Positions 46,477 through 56,525 of a DNA stretch of 64,000 nt are shown here, in pieces. Numbering within the stretch: the first letter of the stretch is position 1; the number at the start of each line of letters is the position of its first letter. The notes under the pieces are model-generated. The model was not told the DNA's origin. It did not search any database and worked only from the letters and a program-made list of their open reading frames with translations. The DNA is taken from contig OZ242375.1 of assembly GCA_965209025.1 (NCBI GenBank), forward strand, positions 997,562 through 1,061,561. Direction: 5' to 3'. Position numbers and translations under genes: made by a program. The stretch comes from Acidimicrobiia bacterium (GTDB lineage: Bacteria; Actinomycetota; Acidimicrobiia; Spongiisociales; ZC4RG35).

Positions 46477-46796
46477 CTCTGTTCCTCCGGTATCTCGAGA
46501 TCGGCGAGCATCAGGTGCTGGTGGGCGCCGAACACGTCCTTGCAGGCCGGGTCGGAGGAGGCGATGTCCTTCACCATGGTGACCTTGAACGCCAGGGCGT
46601 TGTCCAAGAAGTAGATGCCCAGCACCTGGTCGTTGGTGAGCCCGTACAGCGGCGCCAGCACCTCGGCGGTGATCCTCCCCGAGTCCTTCACCTGCCGGTA
46701 AGCCTCTTCGGAGTCGAAGAACACGTCGAAGGTGGTGTTGAAGGGATCGCAGTTCTTGGACCGGAGGGTCTTGGCGAAGTCGCGAAGCCGAGGCAT
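46473..46796 (-). CDS. DUF4387 protein
   Basis: LRSKNCDPFNTTFDVFF and DVFGAHQH; immediately downstream of the AtuA-like gene. Confidence 0.85.
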   Translation of the reverse strand: MPRLRDFAKTLRSKNCDPFNTTFDVFFDSEEAYRQVKDSGRITAEVLAPLYGLTNDQVLGIYFLDNALAFKVTMVKDIASSDPACKDVFGAHQHLMLADLEIPEEQR

Positions 46797-48190
46797 CAGC
46801 GGCCCCTCGGGAAGTCGACCACCTGGTAGGGGAAGAGTTCCAGGGGGTCTTCCACTTCCAGGAGATGCCATACATTGAACGAGAACGCCGGGCCGACATT
46901 GATGGTGGGGGGAGCGAACCGGGTTGCCAGGTTCCCCGCCGACGTCTGGCGGTTCGGGTAGGGCTTTATCCACAGTTCCATGCAGATAAAGTAGGCCAGG
47001 TTCTCGGCCAGTTCCTGGGTTTCGGCGATGACGTCCACCAAAAGGCCGATCTCATGGGGCGTCCGTCCCCGGAGCGGCTCGTTGGGACCCAGCACGCCGT
47101 TGCGCCCGTACTGGTCGAAGGTGATCTGGTAATGCTCTCCCTCATCCAGGTGCCCGAAGCGCGGTGACCCGGAGATGGTGGAGCGGATGTTGTCCAGGAA
47201 CCAGTCCAGGCAGTCGATGAAAGCCGGTTCCCGCACTCCGAACACGGCAATGGTGCGGTACCCCTCCCGGCGGGCGCCCTCCAGCTTGATCGTGTAGGGC
47301 GTGTCAACCCAGATGGCCCCCTCCGAGCGCACCCCCGAACCGGGGACCTCGGTGTAGGTGGCGTCGGTCAGGTCGAGATATCCTCCCGGGTTCTTCTCCA
47401 TGAAGGGGTTGTCCCGCTCGTACATGGAGTGGCTGGCGATGGACCGGGCCGTGGCGGCCTGGGTGTCCGACACCGGGTAGACGGTGATGGCGTCGGGCTC
47501 CAGGACTCCGTAGATCGGCTCGGACGGGTCGCCGGGATGGAGCGCCAGGCCGGCGCACTCCAGAACCTTGGCCATGTGGGTGGTGGACCCGCGAGGGAAT
47601 CCGGCCGCCAGCGGAGGAGCCATGTATATCCCCACATCGAGGGCCCGCCCGGTGATCACTCCGTCCACCCCGGCCTCCAGGGCTGCCATGATCGGCTCGG
47701 GCCCCATCTGCGCCACTATGTGTTCGGACGCCTCGACGTCTTCGGGAGTCAGCATCTCCGAGAGGTGGGGCGACTCCACGGCCCGGGGGGCCTTCGCCCC
47801 GCTTCTGATCCGCTCGGCCAGCATCTCCCTGTCAACTTCTCCGTCGATCACTGCGATCCGGAGCGGCAGGTCCTCCTCCGAGGTGATCTCGTCCACCCGA
47901 TCGAGGCACTCGTCCAACTGGGTGCGCCCCCCGGCGATCCCCACCGAGAACACGAACGGAACGCCTTGTTCCTTGGCGAAGCGCATGTAGGGTCGGACGT
48001 TCTCCCGGAAGTTTTCGCTGGTGAACTGGGTGCCGCTCCCCAGCATGTAAGGGCCGAAGTCCATCCCGGTGCCCTGCGAGCACACCGCGTCCACTCCCCG
48101 GCGGGCCGTCTCGGCCAGGAACTCATCCACCCTGGGGTGGACGGGGATGTGGTTCACGAAGGAGAGGATGCGGAAGTCGTCTCTGGGCAT
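46796..48190 (-). CDS. AtuA-like (DUF1446) protein
   Basis: GMDFGPYMLG, IVAQMGPEP, ITGRALD, AKVLECAG, HSMYE and YTIKLEGA. Confidence 0.85.
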   Translation of the reverse strand: MPRDDFRILSFVNHIPVHPRVDEFLAETARRGVDAVCSQGTGMDFGPYMLGSGTQFTSENFRENVRPYMRFAKEQGVPFVFSVGIAGGRTQLDECLDRVDEITSEEDLPLRIAVIDGEVDREMLAERIRSGAKAPRAVESPHLSEMLTPEDVEASEHIVAQMGPEPIMAALEAGVDGVITGRALDVGIYMAPPLAAGFPRGSTTHMAKVLECAGLALHPGDPSEPIYGVLEPDAITVYPVSDTQAATARSIASHSMYERDNPFMEKNPGGYLDLTDATYTEVPGSGVRSEGAIWVDTPYTIKLEGARREGYRTIAVFGVREPAFIDCLDWFLDNIRSTISGSPRFGHLDEGEHYQITFDQYGRNGVLGPNEPLRGRTPHEIGLLVDVIAETQELAENLAYFICMELWIKPYPNRQTSAGNLATRFAPPTINVGPAFSFNVWHLLEVEDPLELFPYQVVDFPRGR

Positions 48191-48211
48191 GGAAGGACCT
48201 TTCATCAAAAG

Positions 48212-49501
48212 CTAGCCGAAGAAGAAATTCACCGGCCCCAGAGTGAGGGGTGGGAAGAAGGCGATGATCAGCACGTCGACGATGAGCACCGCGATGAAGG
48301 GCAGCACGGCCCTGATCAGGTCGGCAGAGGGGATCCCGGCGATCTTGGAGTTGACGAACAGGAGAACTCCGTAGGGGGGAGTGAGGAGGCCGACCGCGAT
48401 GGCGCCCATGAAGGTGACACCGTAGTGGATGGGATCCATCCCCACCTCGGGTGAGGTGGCGATCGGCTCGAGGATGGGATAGAGCACCAGCACGATGGGG
48501 ACTGTCTCCATGAAAGTGCCGATGATCAGGAGAAGGAGGATCATCATCAGGATCACCACCGCCGGGGTGCTCGAGAATCCCAGCATGAACTCGGTGAGCT
48601 GCTGGGGCACCTTGGCCAGGGTCAGGAACCGCCCGAAAGCCTGGGCCGTGGCGACGATGATGAACAACACCGCGGCGAACTCGGCCGATTCCTTGAGAAT
48701 TTTGAAGAAGGTCTTCCATCCCATCTCCCGGTATATGAAGATGGCTACCAGAAGCGAATACACCACCGCCACCGCCGCCGCTTCGGTGGCCGTGAAGACT
48801 CCGGCCAGGATCCCTCCCATGATCACCACCGGGAAGACCAGGGCGGGCAACGCCTTGTAGGTGGTTGTGCCCATGCGCTTGATGCTGAACCTCTCGGGAT
48901 CGGCCTTCACGCCCGAACGCGGGCGCCTTATCCAGGCCACCGTGGCCAGGGAGACCGCGATCAGTATTCCGGGGCCATACCCTCCCACGAACAGCTTGGT
49001 GATCGAGACACTGGTGGCGGCCCCCGCCAGGATCATCGGCACGCTGGGAGGGACGATGATCCCTATTGAACTCGAAGCGGCGGTGACCCCCGCCGCGTAG
49101 GGAGTGGGATACCCACCCTTTTTCATCTCCGGCACCAGCACCGAGCCGATGGCTGCGGAGTCGGCGGTGGCCGAACCGGAGATCCCCCCGAAGAACATGG
49201 ACCCGAACACGTTCACATATGCCAGGCGGAGCCGGCTGAAACCGAACAGAAGGTCAACCCAACCGATCAAACGCCGGGAGACCCCCCCTGCCAGGATGAG
49301 GTTGCCGGCCAGAACGAACAGAGGGGCTGCGAAAAGCACCAACGAGTCGATCCCGTTGATGGAGTTGCGCACCACGTCGATGAGGGAGGCCGAAGGGTGC
49401 AGCAGCACCCCCACGATGGTGGCGCCGCCCAGCGCCGCGAAGATCGGCACCCGCAGCAGAAGCAATAGGAACAGCGTCCCGAACACCGCCAACAACAGCA
49501 T
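48212..49501 (-). CDS. dctM: TRAP transporter large permease
   Basis: FGGISGSATAD, IVPPS and GLLTPPYG; about 12 TM helices. Confidence 0.95.
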   Translation of the reverse strand: MLLLAVFGTLFLLLLLRVPIFAALGGATIVGVLLHPSASLIDVVRNSINGIDSLVLFAAPLFVLAGNLILAGGVSRRLIGWVDLLFGFSRLRLAYVNVFGSMFFGGISGSATADSAAIGSVLVPEMKKGGYPTPYAAGVTAASSSIGIIVPPSVPMILAGAATSVSITKLFVGGYGPGILIAVSLATVAWIRRPRSGVKADPERFSIKRMGTTTYKALPALVFPVVIMGGILAGVFTATEAAAVAVVYSLLVAIFIYREMGWKTFFKILKESAEFAAVLFIIVATAQAFGRFLTLAKVPQQLTEFMLGFSSTPAVVILMMILLLLIIGTFMETVPIVLVLYPILEPIATSPEVGMDPIHYGVTFMGAIAVGLLTPPYGVLLFVNSKIAGIPSADLIRAVLPFIAVLIVDVLIIAFFPPLTLGPVNFFFG

Positions 49502-49504
49502 GGC

Positions 49505-50008
49505 TCAGACCTCGGAAGTCGCCGCGGAGGACGGCTCTTCGGAATCGGATGACCGGAACAAATCGACGATCTCGTCCACTCCCAGGATCAGCGCCAGGGC
49601 GGCGCCCACCGGCGCCGCCGCGTACTGCCAGGAGCGGGAGATCTTGGTGATCGGCATGGTCTGGCCCGACACCTTGGTGGCCAGAAGGGTCCCGTAGTAA
49701 ACGAAGAAGATCAGCATGGCCCACTTGAAGACGATGGAAACCACCGCTATCCAGCGGCGTTCCCGCACGACGTCGATGATCAGGTGCTTGCCCTTCATGG
49801 TGGTGGCCAGCCCCACGAACACCAACCAGATGAGCATGATTCTGGGCACCTCCTCGGACCACACGATCGAAGAGTTGAAGACGTACCGCATCACGACCTG
49901 CACGAACATCAGAAGCGACAGGCCGCCCAGCAGCACGGCTAGGAGCAGTCGGAGCACCGAAATGGTGCTCCGACTGCCTTTGCTAATTAATCCGGCTACC
50001 GAGCTCAC
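49505..50008 (-). CDS. dctQ: TRAP transporter small permease
   Basis: QVVMRYVFN..WSEE; 4 TM helices. Confidence 0.93.
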   Translation of the reverse strand: MSSVAGLISKGSRSTISVLRLLLAVLLGGLSLLMFVQVVMRYVFNSSIVWSEEVPRIMLIWLVFVGLATTMKGKHLIIDVVRERRWIAVVSIVFKWAMLIFFVYYGTLLATKVSGQTMPITKISRSWQYAAAPVGAALALILGVDEIVDLFRSSDSEEPSSAATSEV

Positions 50009-52029
50009 GGAGCAGCCGCACGAATGCGGTCCGCCCACTCGGCCAACTCGGGCCGTTCGTCATAGACGCCCGCAACCGCAGCGCGGAAGGCGTCCTTGTC
50101 TACGTCGTTGACCTCCCAGCCCTGGTTCTGCAGTTCTGCGAGGTAACCGGCGTCCAGCTTGGCCGCTTCGGCCCGCTGATGCGCGGCGGCCTCGATGGCA
50201 GCCTGCTGCACCAACTGCTGTGCGGCCGGACCCAGGCCGTCCCACAACTCGCCACCCATGAACATGAGAAGCGCCGCATAGATGTGCTCGGTGAGCGACA
50301 GGTACTTGACCGGCGTCTCGTAGTACTTCTGGGTGACCGCCGCGAAGATCGGCGCGCCGGTCCCGTCAACCACCCCGTTCTGCAACGAAGTGAAGATCTC
50401 CGGACCCGGCAGCGGCACCGGATTGGCGCCCACCAACTCATAGGTACGGATATAGATGTCAGACTCCGGCACTCGGAACTTCAGGCCCGCAGCATCGGCG
50501 GGCGTGACGATCGGACGCTGGCTGTTCATCATCGAACGCAGACCGAACTGGCCGATGGCCAGGGCCTTGATGTCCACTTCCTCGGCCAAGCCCAGGAGTT
50601 CGCGTCCCACCGGACCGTCAAACACCGCGTCAACGTGGTCCTGACCGTCGAACAGGAAGGGCAGGTTCACAACTCCCATCTCGGGAACGAAGCTCTCCAG
50701 GAGTCCGGCGAACACCACACCGGCGTCGATGGAGCCCAACTGGGCGCCCTCGACCAACTCGCGCTCGGAACCGATCTGCGACGACGGGAAGACCTCCACG
50801 GTCATGCGGCCGCCCGAGCGCTCCTCGACCAACTCCTTGAACTTGACGGCCGCCACGTCGGCATAACCGTCCGGAGCGCCCGAATGCCCGATATTGATGG
50901 TGATCTCGGGCAGGAGGGAGACGTCCACGGCGCCGGTCGGGCTCACCGCACGGATGCGATCGGCCCACTCGGCCAACTCGGGACGCTCGTCATAGACGCC
51001 CGCCACCGCGGTGCGGAACAGGCCCTTGTCGACGTCATTGACCTGCCAGCCCTGGTCCTGCAACTCGGCGAGGTAGCCGGCGTCCAACTTGGCTGCTTCG
51101 GCCCGCTGATGCGCGGCAGCGGCGGAAGCCGACTGCTCGATCAGGTCCTGGGCCTTGGGGGTCAGGCTGTCCCACAGCTCACCCGACATGAACATGAGGA
51201 GCGCCGCGTAGATGTGCTCGGTGAGCGACAGGTACTTGACCGGCGTCTCGTAGTACTTCTGGGTGACCGCCGCGAAGATCGGCGCGCCGGTCCCGTCAAC
51301 CACCCCGTTCTGCAACGAAGTGAAGATCTCCGGACCCGGCAGCGGCACCGGATTGGCGCCCACCAACTCATAGGTACGGATATAGATGTCGGATTCGGGA
51401 ACCCGGAACTTCAGGCCCGCCGCATCCGAGGGGGTGTAGATCGGCCGCTGGCTGTTCATCATCGAGCGCAGGCCGAACTGGCCGATGGCCAGGGCCTTGA
51501 TGCCCACACCCTCAGCCAAGCCGAGGAGTTCGCGTCCCACCGGACCGTCGAACACCGCGTTCACGTGGTCCTGTCCGTCAAACAGGAACGGCAGGTTCAC
51601 CACTCCCATCTCGGGAACGAAGCTCTCCAGAATCCCGGCGAACACCACACCGGCGTCGATGGAACCCAACTGGGCGCCCTCGACCAACTCACGCTCGGAA
51701 CCGATCTGTGACGACGGGAAGACTTCCACGGTGATCTGGCCACCGGAGCCTTCTTCGACCAACTCCTTGAACTTGACGGCCGCCACGTCGGCATAACCGT
51801 CAGGAGCGCCCGAATGCCCGATGTTGATGGTGATCTCGGGATAGTCGGGCTCTGCCGGCGCCGGTTCATCGGCCGGCTCCTCGGGAGTCTCGGCCGGCTC
51901 CTCGGGAGCTTCGGGGGCGGCAGTGGTGGTGGTTGCTGCCGCGGTGGTTGCTGTGGTCTCTTCCTCCCCATCTCCGCAGGCTGCGGCCAAGAGAGCCAGG
52001 ACTCCCAGTACTGCTATGAATTTTCTCAC
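50005..52029 (-). CDS. dctP: TRAP substrate-binding lipoprotein with two tandem DctP domains
   Basis: Lipobox LAAAC, T/A/P/E-rich linker, two ~300-aa DctP domains each with GLKFR and LQNGVVDG. Confidence 0.92.
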   Translation of the reverse strand: MRKFIAVLGVLALLAAACGDGEEETTATTAAATTTTAAPEAPEEPAETPEEPADEPAPAEPDYPEITINIGHSGAPDGYADVAAVKFKELVEEGSGGQITVEVFPSSQIGSERELVEGAQLGSIDAGVVFAGILESFVPEMGVVNLPFLFDGQDHVNAVFDGPVGRELLGLAEGVGIKALAIGQFGLRSMMNSQRPIYTPSDAAGLKFRVPESDIYIRTYELVGANPVPLPGPEIFTSLQNGVVDGTGAPIFAAVTQKYYETPVKYLSLTEHIYAALLMFMSGELWDSLTPKAQDLIEQSASAAAAHQRAEAAKLDAGYLAELQDQGWQVNDVDKGLFRTAVAGVYDERPELAEWADRIRAVSPTGAVDVSLLPEITINIGHSGAPDGYADVAAVKFKELVEERSGGRMTVEVFPSSQIGSERELVEGAQLGSIDAGVVFAGLLESFVPEMGVVNLPFLFDGQDHVDAVFDGPVGRELLGLAEEVDIKALAIGQFGLRSMMNSQRPIVTPADAAGLKFRVPESDIYIRTYELVGANPVPLPGPEIFTSLQNGVVDGTGAPIFAAVTQKYYETPVKYLSLTEHIYAALLMFMGGELWDGLGPAAQQLVQQAAIEAAAHQRAEAAKLDAGYLAELQNQGWEVNDVDKDAFRAAVAGVYDERPELAEWADRIRAAAP
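50020..51840. repeat. 930-bp-period internal tandem duplication in dctP
   Basis: For example 50281-50460 is identical to 51211-51390. Confidence 0.92.
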
Positions 52030-52169
52030 TGGTTACCTCCGTTGGCGAATAGATTCGTCTTGGGATATCGCTTCCCCGGCTCTGTTCCGCGGGGATGCTT
52101 TGTATACCATAATACAGAACCAACCAGGCCCTCGGTCCGCAGACACCTGGACACTCCGCATTGCCACCA

Positions 52170-53396
52170 ATGAAAAATAACACCTCACCAGACCTTCTAT
52201 CCGAGTTCGCAAAGGTGGTCGTGGACGAGGCCGACCCTTTTCCCTTCTACACCCGGGCCCGACGCCATGCTCCGGTCTTCTGGAGCCCCAGAATCGAGGG
52301 ATGGGTGGCTTCCCGGCGCTCGGAAGTGGCCGAGGTGCTGGAGGACGAGAGCCGATTCGCTCCCCTGATGGGCGGTCCGGGCTCTTCCGCCATCCATGGC
52401 AGGGTCATACTGCACATGGAAGGGCGCGAGCACCGGCGCCACTCCGGTCTCCTGAGTCGCTGGATCCGCCACCGGGGCAAACTGGCCGGGGAGTTGCGGG
52501 AGATGACCGAGCAGATCACCGCTCGACTGCTTGACGAATTACCGTGGGACCGCCCGGCCGAACTTCATCAGGGCCTCAATACGTCGCTTCCCATGGATGT
52601 CACGGCCACCATGATGGGCATCCCCGACGTGGCGCGATTCCGCGGATGGTACGACGCCATCGGGAAAGCCAGCGTCACCAACATCAGAAACGATCCGGAG
52701 ATCACCCGCCAGGGAGTCGAAGCCCGGGAGGCACTGGGTGAGTACCTGGCGCCGATCATCGCCGAGAAACGCCGCCGCCCGACCCATGACCTTCTCTCCG
52801 AACTGTGCCAAGCAGAGATCGACGGAGAACCTCTCTCCACGGAACTGATCGCCTCCACCTGCTCGCTGCTGCTGGCGGCCGGAGTCGAGACCACTTCGCG
52901 GGGTCTGTCCAACCTGATGTGGGTGCTGTTCTCGGACCGTGATCTGTGGGAGGAGATCAGGGAGGACCGCGATCTGGTGACCCTGGCCTGCGCCGAGATC
53001 CTCCGTTTTCTCGCTCCCGCCCATGCCCTGGTGAGAAAAGCCAAGCTCGATACCGAGTTGGCCGGAGTCCGCATCGGGGCAGGCGACAAGATCATGGTGC
53101 TCCTGGCGTCGGCCAACCGGGACGAGACCTGGTTCGAGTCTCCCGATGAGTTCCAACTGCACAGATTCGCCGACAGCGCCTTCCGCCAGTTCACGCCGCG
53201 CGCCGACATCCTGCCTTTCGGCGCGGGTAAGCACCACTGCACGGGGTCGCTCCTGGCCCTGATGGAGATGGAGGTGGTGATCAACCGCTTCATGGACCGG
53301 GTCCGCTGGGCCGAGTGGGTGAACGGTCCTCCCCCCCTGACCGGCTACTCCCTCCGCTCCCCCGCCGAAGTGAGGGTCAACCTGATCCCCGCTTAA
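52170..53396 (+). CDS. Cytochrome P450
   Basis: I-helix AAGVETT, ExxR (EILR) and heme motif FGAGKHHCTG. Confidence 0.95.
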   Translation: MKNNTSPDLLSEFAKVVVDEADPFPFYTRARRHAPVFWSPRIEGWVASRRSEVAEVLEDESRFAPLMGGPGSSAIHGRVILHMEGREHRRHSGLLSRWIRHRGKLAGELREMTEQITARLLDELPWDRPAELHQGLNTSLPMDVTATMMGIPDVARFRGWYDAIGKASVTNIRNDPEITRQGVEAREALGEYLAPIIAEKRRRPTHDLLSELCQAEIDGEPLSTELIASTCSLLLAAGVETTSRGLSNLMWVLFSDRDLWEEIREDRDLVTLACAEILRFLAPAHALVRKAKLDTELAGVRIGAGDKIMVLLASANRDETWFESPDEFQLHRFADSAFRQFTPRADILPFGAGKHHCTGSLLALMEMEVVINRFMDRVRWAEWVNGPPPLTGYSLRSPAEVRVNLIPA

Positions 53397-53517
53397 AGCG
53401 GCCCGGATCGCCCCGGAAGGGGAACTCCGGGGCCCAGAAGCCTTCACACAGTTTTCCGGCGGTCGTCTTCTGGTGAGCCCCCCAGTTCGCAACCGAAGGG
53501 AGGTTGCTGTAGCCGCC

Positions 53518-54024
53518 CTATCCGTAGGGGTCGGCGAAGGGGCTTTCGACCTGGAACGGCCTTCCCACCTGCCCAAACTCGATCAACTCGATGGAGATGC
53601 CATCGGGGTCCCGTAGGTAACAGGTGAGGGCTCCTTCATACCTTCCCCAAGCGCAGCGAACCGGCTCGGGAGAGCGGAACTCGGCTCGTCCCCGCATCCG
53701 CTGATAGTCGCGGTGAATGTCGTGGGTCTCCAGGCTTAAGTGGGTGTTCCCGGCGTTGTAGGTCGCCATGTCAACCCTTCCCGGCGGTGGGTTGTGATAC
53801 TGAAGCATCTCCAGCACGGTGCCGCCGGGTAGCGCCCAGAACGCTCCCGACATGTCGCAATCGGGATAACCCACTATGTCACCCACATAGTCGTCGATCT
53901 CCGCAGCCACCCAGGTTCCCTGCATGAAGGGATCAGACTCGAGAAAGTAGCTCCACCACGGCACCGAGACCTCCAGATCCGCAACTGTTATCCCGATGTG
54001 GTCAACGGACTTGAAACTCATCAC
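53518..54024 (-). CDS. VOC/glyoxalase-family protein
   Basis: DHIGITV, LEMLQY, THLSL and YLRDPDGISIELIE metal ligands. Confidence 0.9.
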   Translation of the reverse strand: MMSFKSVDHIGITVADLEVSVPWWSYFLESDPFMQGTWVAAEIDDYVGDIVGYPDCDMSGAFWALPGGTVLEMLQYHNPPPGRVDMATYNAGNTHLSLETHDIHRDYQRMRGRAEFRSPEPVRCAWGRYEGALTCYLRDPDGISIELIEFGQVGRPFQVESPFADPYG

Positions 54025-54263
54025 CTACCTCCCAAAAGGGCACTGCTGAACACCTGTCTGGCGGGGATGGGGACCTCCGCCATCAACACACTCGGCATCC
54101 TAGTGAACGGCCCTTCTCGGCCCGGGAAGGGCCGTTCACTTCCCTGCACTGGCCTCGGCAGTTAACCTCCGACAATGGACCGATCCTCACCGGCACTTGA
54201 TCTTCGTGATCACGTATCGCCGGCCTCGAGCATGCCGGACCAGAGAACAGGATCCTTCGACCG

Positions 54264-55283
54264 GTGAACCCAACTGCCAAGGGCACTCTATGGGCCGTCT
54301 GCGCAGCTGTCTCCCTCTCTTGGTTGCCCCTGTTCTTTCTTTATACCCATACCGGCAACGATCCCTTCGTGTGGCGCTCATGGCTCATCCTCTTCCAGTC
54401 GGGGGTATTGGGGCTGGCCTTGGTCGTGATGCCGGCCAACGACAAGGACTGGAGAGCGAAGATCCGTGGGTTCCTGTTCTACTGGGGAGACGGCGGTGAG
54501 CCGGTCCGGGTCCGGAACCTGCTGGAATTGCTGAAAACACCCGCCTTCTGGATGGTCATCGGCTTCGCCGTGGATCTGACCTTCTGGGTTTGGGCAGCTA
54601 CCCTGATCGACCCGCTGGTGGCGACCCTCGTGTTCCAGTTGTTCCCGATCGGGATGGTGTGGATGGCAGCCAGGCTGGGCAGGAAGATCTCCGCCGGACG
54701 CCGAACCGCGCCGCATGTCATAGCAGGAAAACACTGGGCCCTCATGGCGTCTTCCTTCCTCGGCGCCGCCCTGGTCGTCTGGTCGGAGACCGGGGAGGTC
54801 AGGACTCTGAATTGGCTGGGCATAGCTCTGGCCCTGGCCGCCACCGCTTTCGGAATCGGAAGTTTCTGGGGGACCGTTTCCACCGGGCGTCTCATGACAT
54901 GGCCCGACGACGACCCGAACGACCTGGTTTGGGCCGCTTCTCTCTCGGCCGTGGTGGGACGGTTCTTCGCCCTCCCCCTGACGCTTCTGGGAAGCGTCCT
55001 CTTCTTTCCCTCCACCGACGACCGCTTCGACCTCACCTGGACCACCCTCGGGTTTCTGAGCCTGATAGGAGTGTTCAACATGGCCGGGGCGGTCAGCCAC
55101 CGCTACTCGCTGTATGTGACATCCAGGTTGAGTGTCCAGCGGATCATGTTCTTCTCCCCGCCCCTTCAGATGTTGTGGCTCTGGGTTTTTGCCGATGTCT
55201 CCATCGCCAAGCCCCAGGTCCTCCTGGTCGGCACCGCCATCGTACTCCTGTCCAACCTGGGTCACCAGACCAAGTCCGCTTGA
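54264..55283 (+). CDS. DMT/EamA-like membrane protein, paralog 1
   Basis: About 10 TM helices, 339 aa; paralogous to the next three ORFs. Confidence 0.75.
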   Translation: MNPTAKGTLWAVCAAVSLSWLPLFFLYTHTGNDPFVWRSWLILFQSGVLGLALVVMPANDKDWRAKIRGFLFYWGDGGEPVRVRNLLELLKTPAFWMVIGFAVDLTFWVWAATLIDPLVATLVFQLFPIGMVWMAARLGRKISAGRRTAPHVIAGKHWALMASSFLGAALVVWSETGEVRTLNWLGIALALAATAFGIGSFWGTVSTGRLMTWPDDDPNDLVWAASLSAVVGRFFALPLTLLGSVLFFPSTDDRFDLTWTTLGFLSLIGVFNMAGAVSHRYSLYVTSRLSVQRIMFFSPPLQMLWLWVFADVSIAKPQVLLVGTAIVLLSNLGHQTKSA

Positions 55284-55471
55284 ATCCCGTCTGCGTCATC
55301 ATCCCTCTGATCTCATGGCAAAGGGCCCGAGACACGCGGTCCCGTTCCCCCATCGGGCGGCGCCGGACAACTAGCCTTCATGAGGACGAAGCCTCGCCGG
55401 CGAGTGCCCACCGGGGTCATCTAGTCAACAACCCCTAGCAGGCCAGAGCAGAGAAGAGGACCGTTCGACCG

Positions 55472-56491
55472 GTGAACCCGATCACCAAGGGGACAATGTG
55501 GGCTGTGGGGGCGGCGGCCACCAGTTCCTGGCTACCTCTTTTCTACATCTTCACCCATGTCAGCGACGACCCATTCGTGTGGCGCTCCTGGCTGTTCGCC
55601 TTCCAGGCGGCGGGGTTGGTCCCCGTGCTCCTGCTGGTTCCCGCCTCGAAGAGGAACTGGAGGAAGAAACTCCGCCGACTGCTCTATTACTGGGGGGATC
55701 GCGGCGAGCCGGTCCGGGTCCGGAATCCGATAGAGGTGCTGCGCACTCCGGCGTTCTGGATGGTGATCTCCTTCGCTCTCGACCTGACATTCTGGGTTTG
55801 GGCGGCGACTCTCATCGACCCGCTGGTGGTGACCATCATCTTCCAGTTGTTCCTGATCGGCCTTGTGTGGATGGCGGCCCGGCTCGGCAGGAAGATGTCA
55901 TCCGGACAGCAGGCCTCCCCTCATGTCATGAGCGGGAAGTACTGGACGCTGATGGGCCTCTCCTTCCTGGGCGCCGCGCTCGTCATCTGGTCGGAGACCG
56001 CCGAGGTCGGAACCCTGAACTGGCTGGGCATAGTGGTGGCCTTCGCCGCAACCGCCACCGCGGTCGGCAGTTTCTGGGGGACCATCTCCCTCGGCCGCCT
56101 CGTCGCGTGGCCGAGCACCGACCCCAACGACCTGGTGTGGCACTCGTCTTTCTCAGGGGTGGTCGGGCGGTTTCTGGCCCTCCCCCTGACCCTGGGCGGG
56201 AGCGCGCTGTTCTTTCCCCCCACCGAAAACAGTTTCGACCTCCTCTGGTCCACGCTGGGCTTCCTGGCCCTGACAGGAGCGTTCAACGCGGTTGGGGCAT
56301 CCAGCCACCGGTTCTCCTTCTACGTCACCACCAGCTTGAGCGTCCAGCGGATCATGTTCTTCTCTCCGGTTCTCCAGATGCTCTGGATTTGGATCTTCGT
56401 CGACGTCTCCATCGCCAACCCCTCGGCCCTCCTCTTCGGAGCGGGGCTAGTGCTCCTCTCCAACCTGGGAACCCAGGCCAAGACACTATGA
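55472..56491 (+). CDS. DMT/EamA-like membrane protein, paralog 2
   Basis: Shares DPFVWRSW, WVWAATLIDPLV and LSVQRIMFF. Confidence 0.75.
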   Translation: MNPITKGTMWAVGAAATSSWLPLFYIFTHVSDDPFVWRSWLFAFQAAGLVPVLLLVPASKRNWRKKLRRLLYYWGDRGEPVRVRNPIEVLRTPAFWMVISFALDLTFWVWAATLIDPLVVTIIFQLFLIGLVWMAARLGRKMSSGQQASPHVMSGKYWTLMGLSFLGAALVIWSETAEVGTLNWLGIVVAFAATATAVGSFWGTISLGRLVAWPSTDPNDLVWHSSFSGVVGRFLALPLTLGGSALFFPPTENSFDLLWSTLGFLALTGAFNAVGASSHRFSFYVTTSLSVQRIMFFSPVLQMLWIWIFVDVSIANPSALLFGAGLVLLSNLGTQAKTL

Positions 56492-56525
56492 CCTCACCCG
56501 TTAACCCGCCAGGACCCTTCGACCT

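Noticed and set aside
50020-51840. dctP repeat as a DGR template/variable repeat pair
   Set aside because: No reverse transcriptase nearby, differences are not adenine-specific, and both copies are in-frame coding domains.
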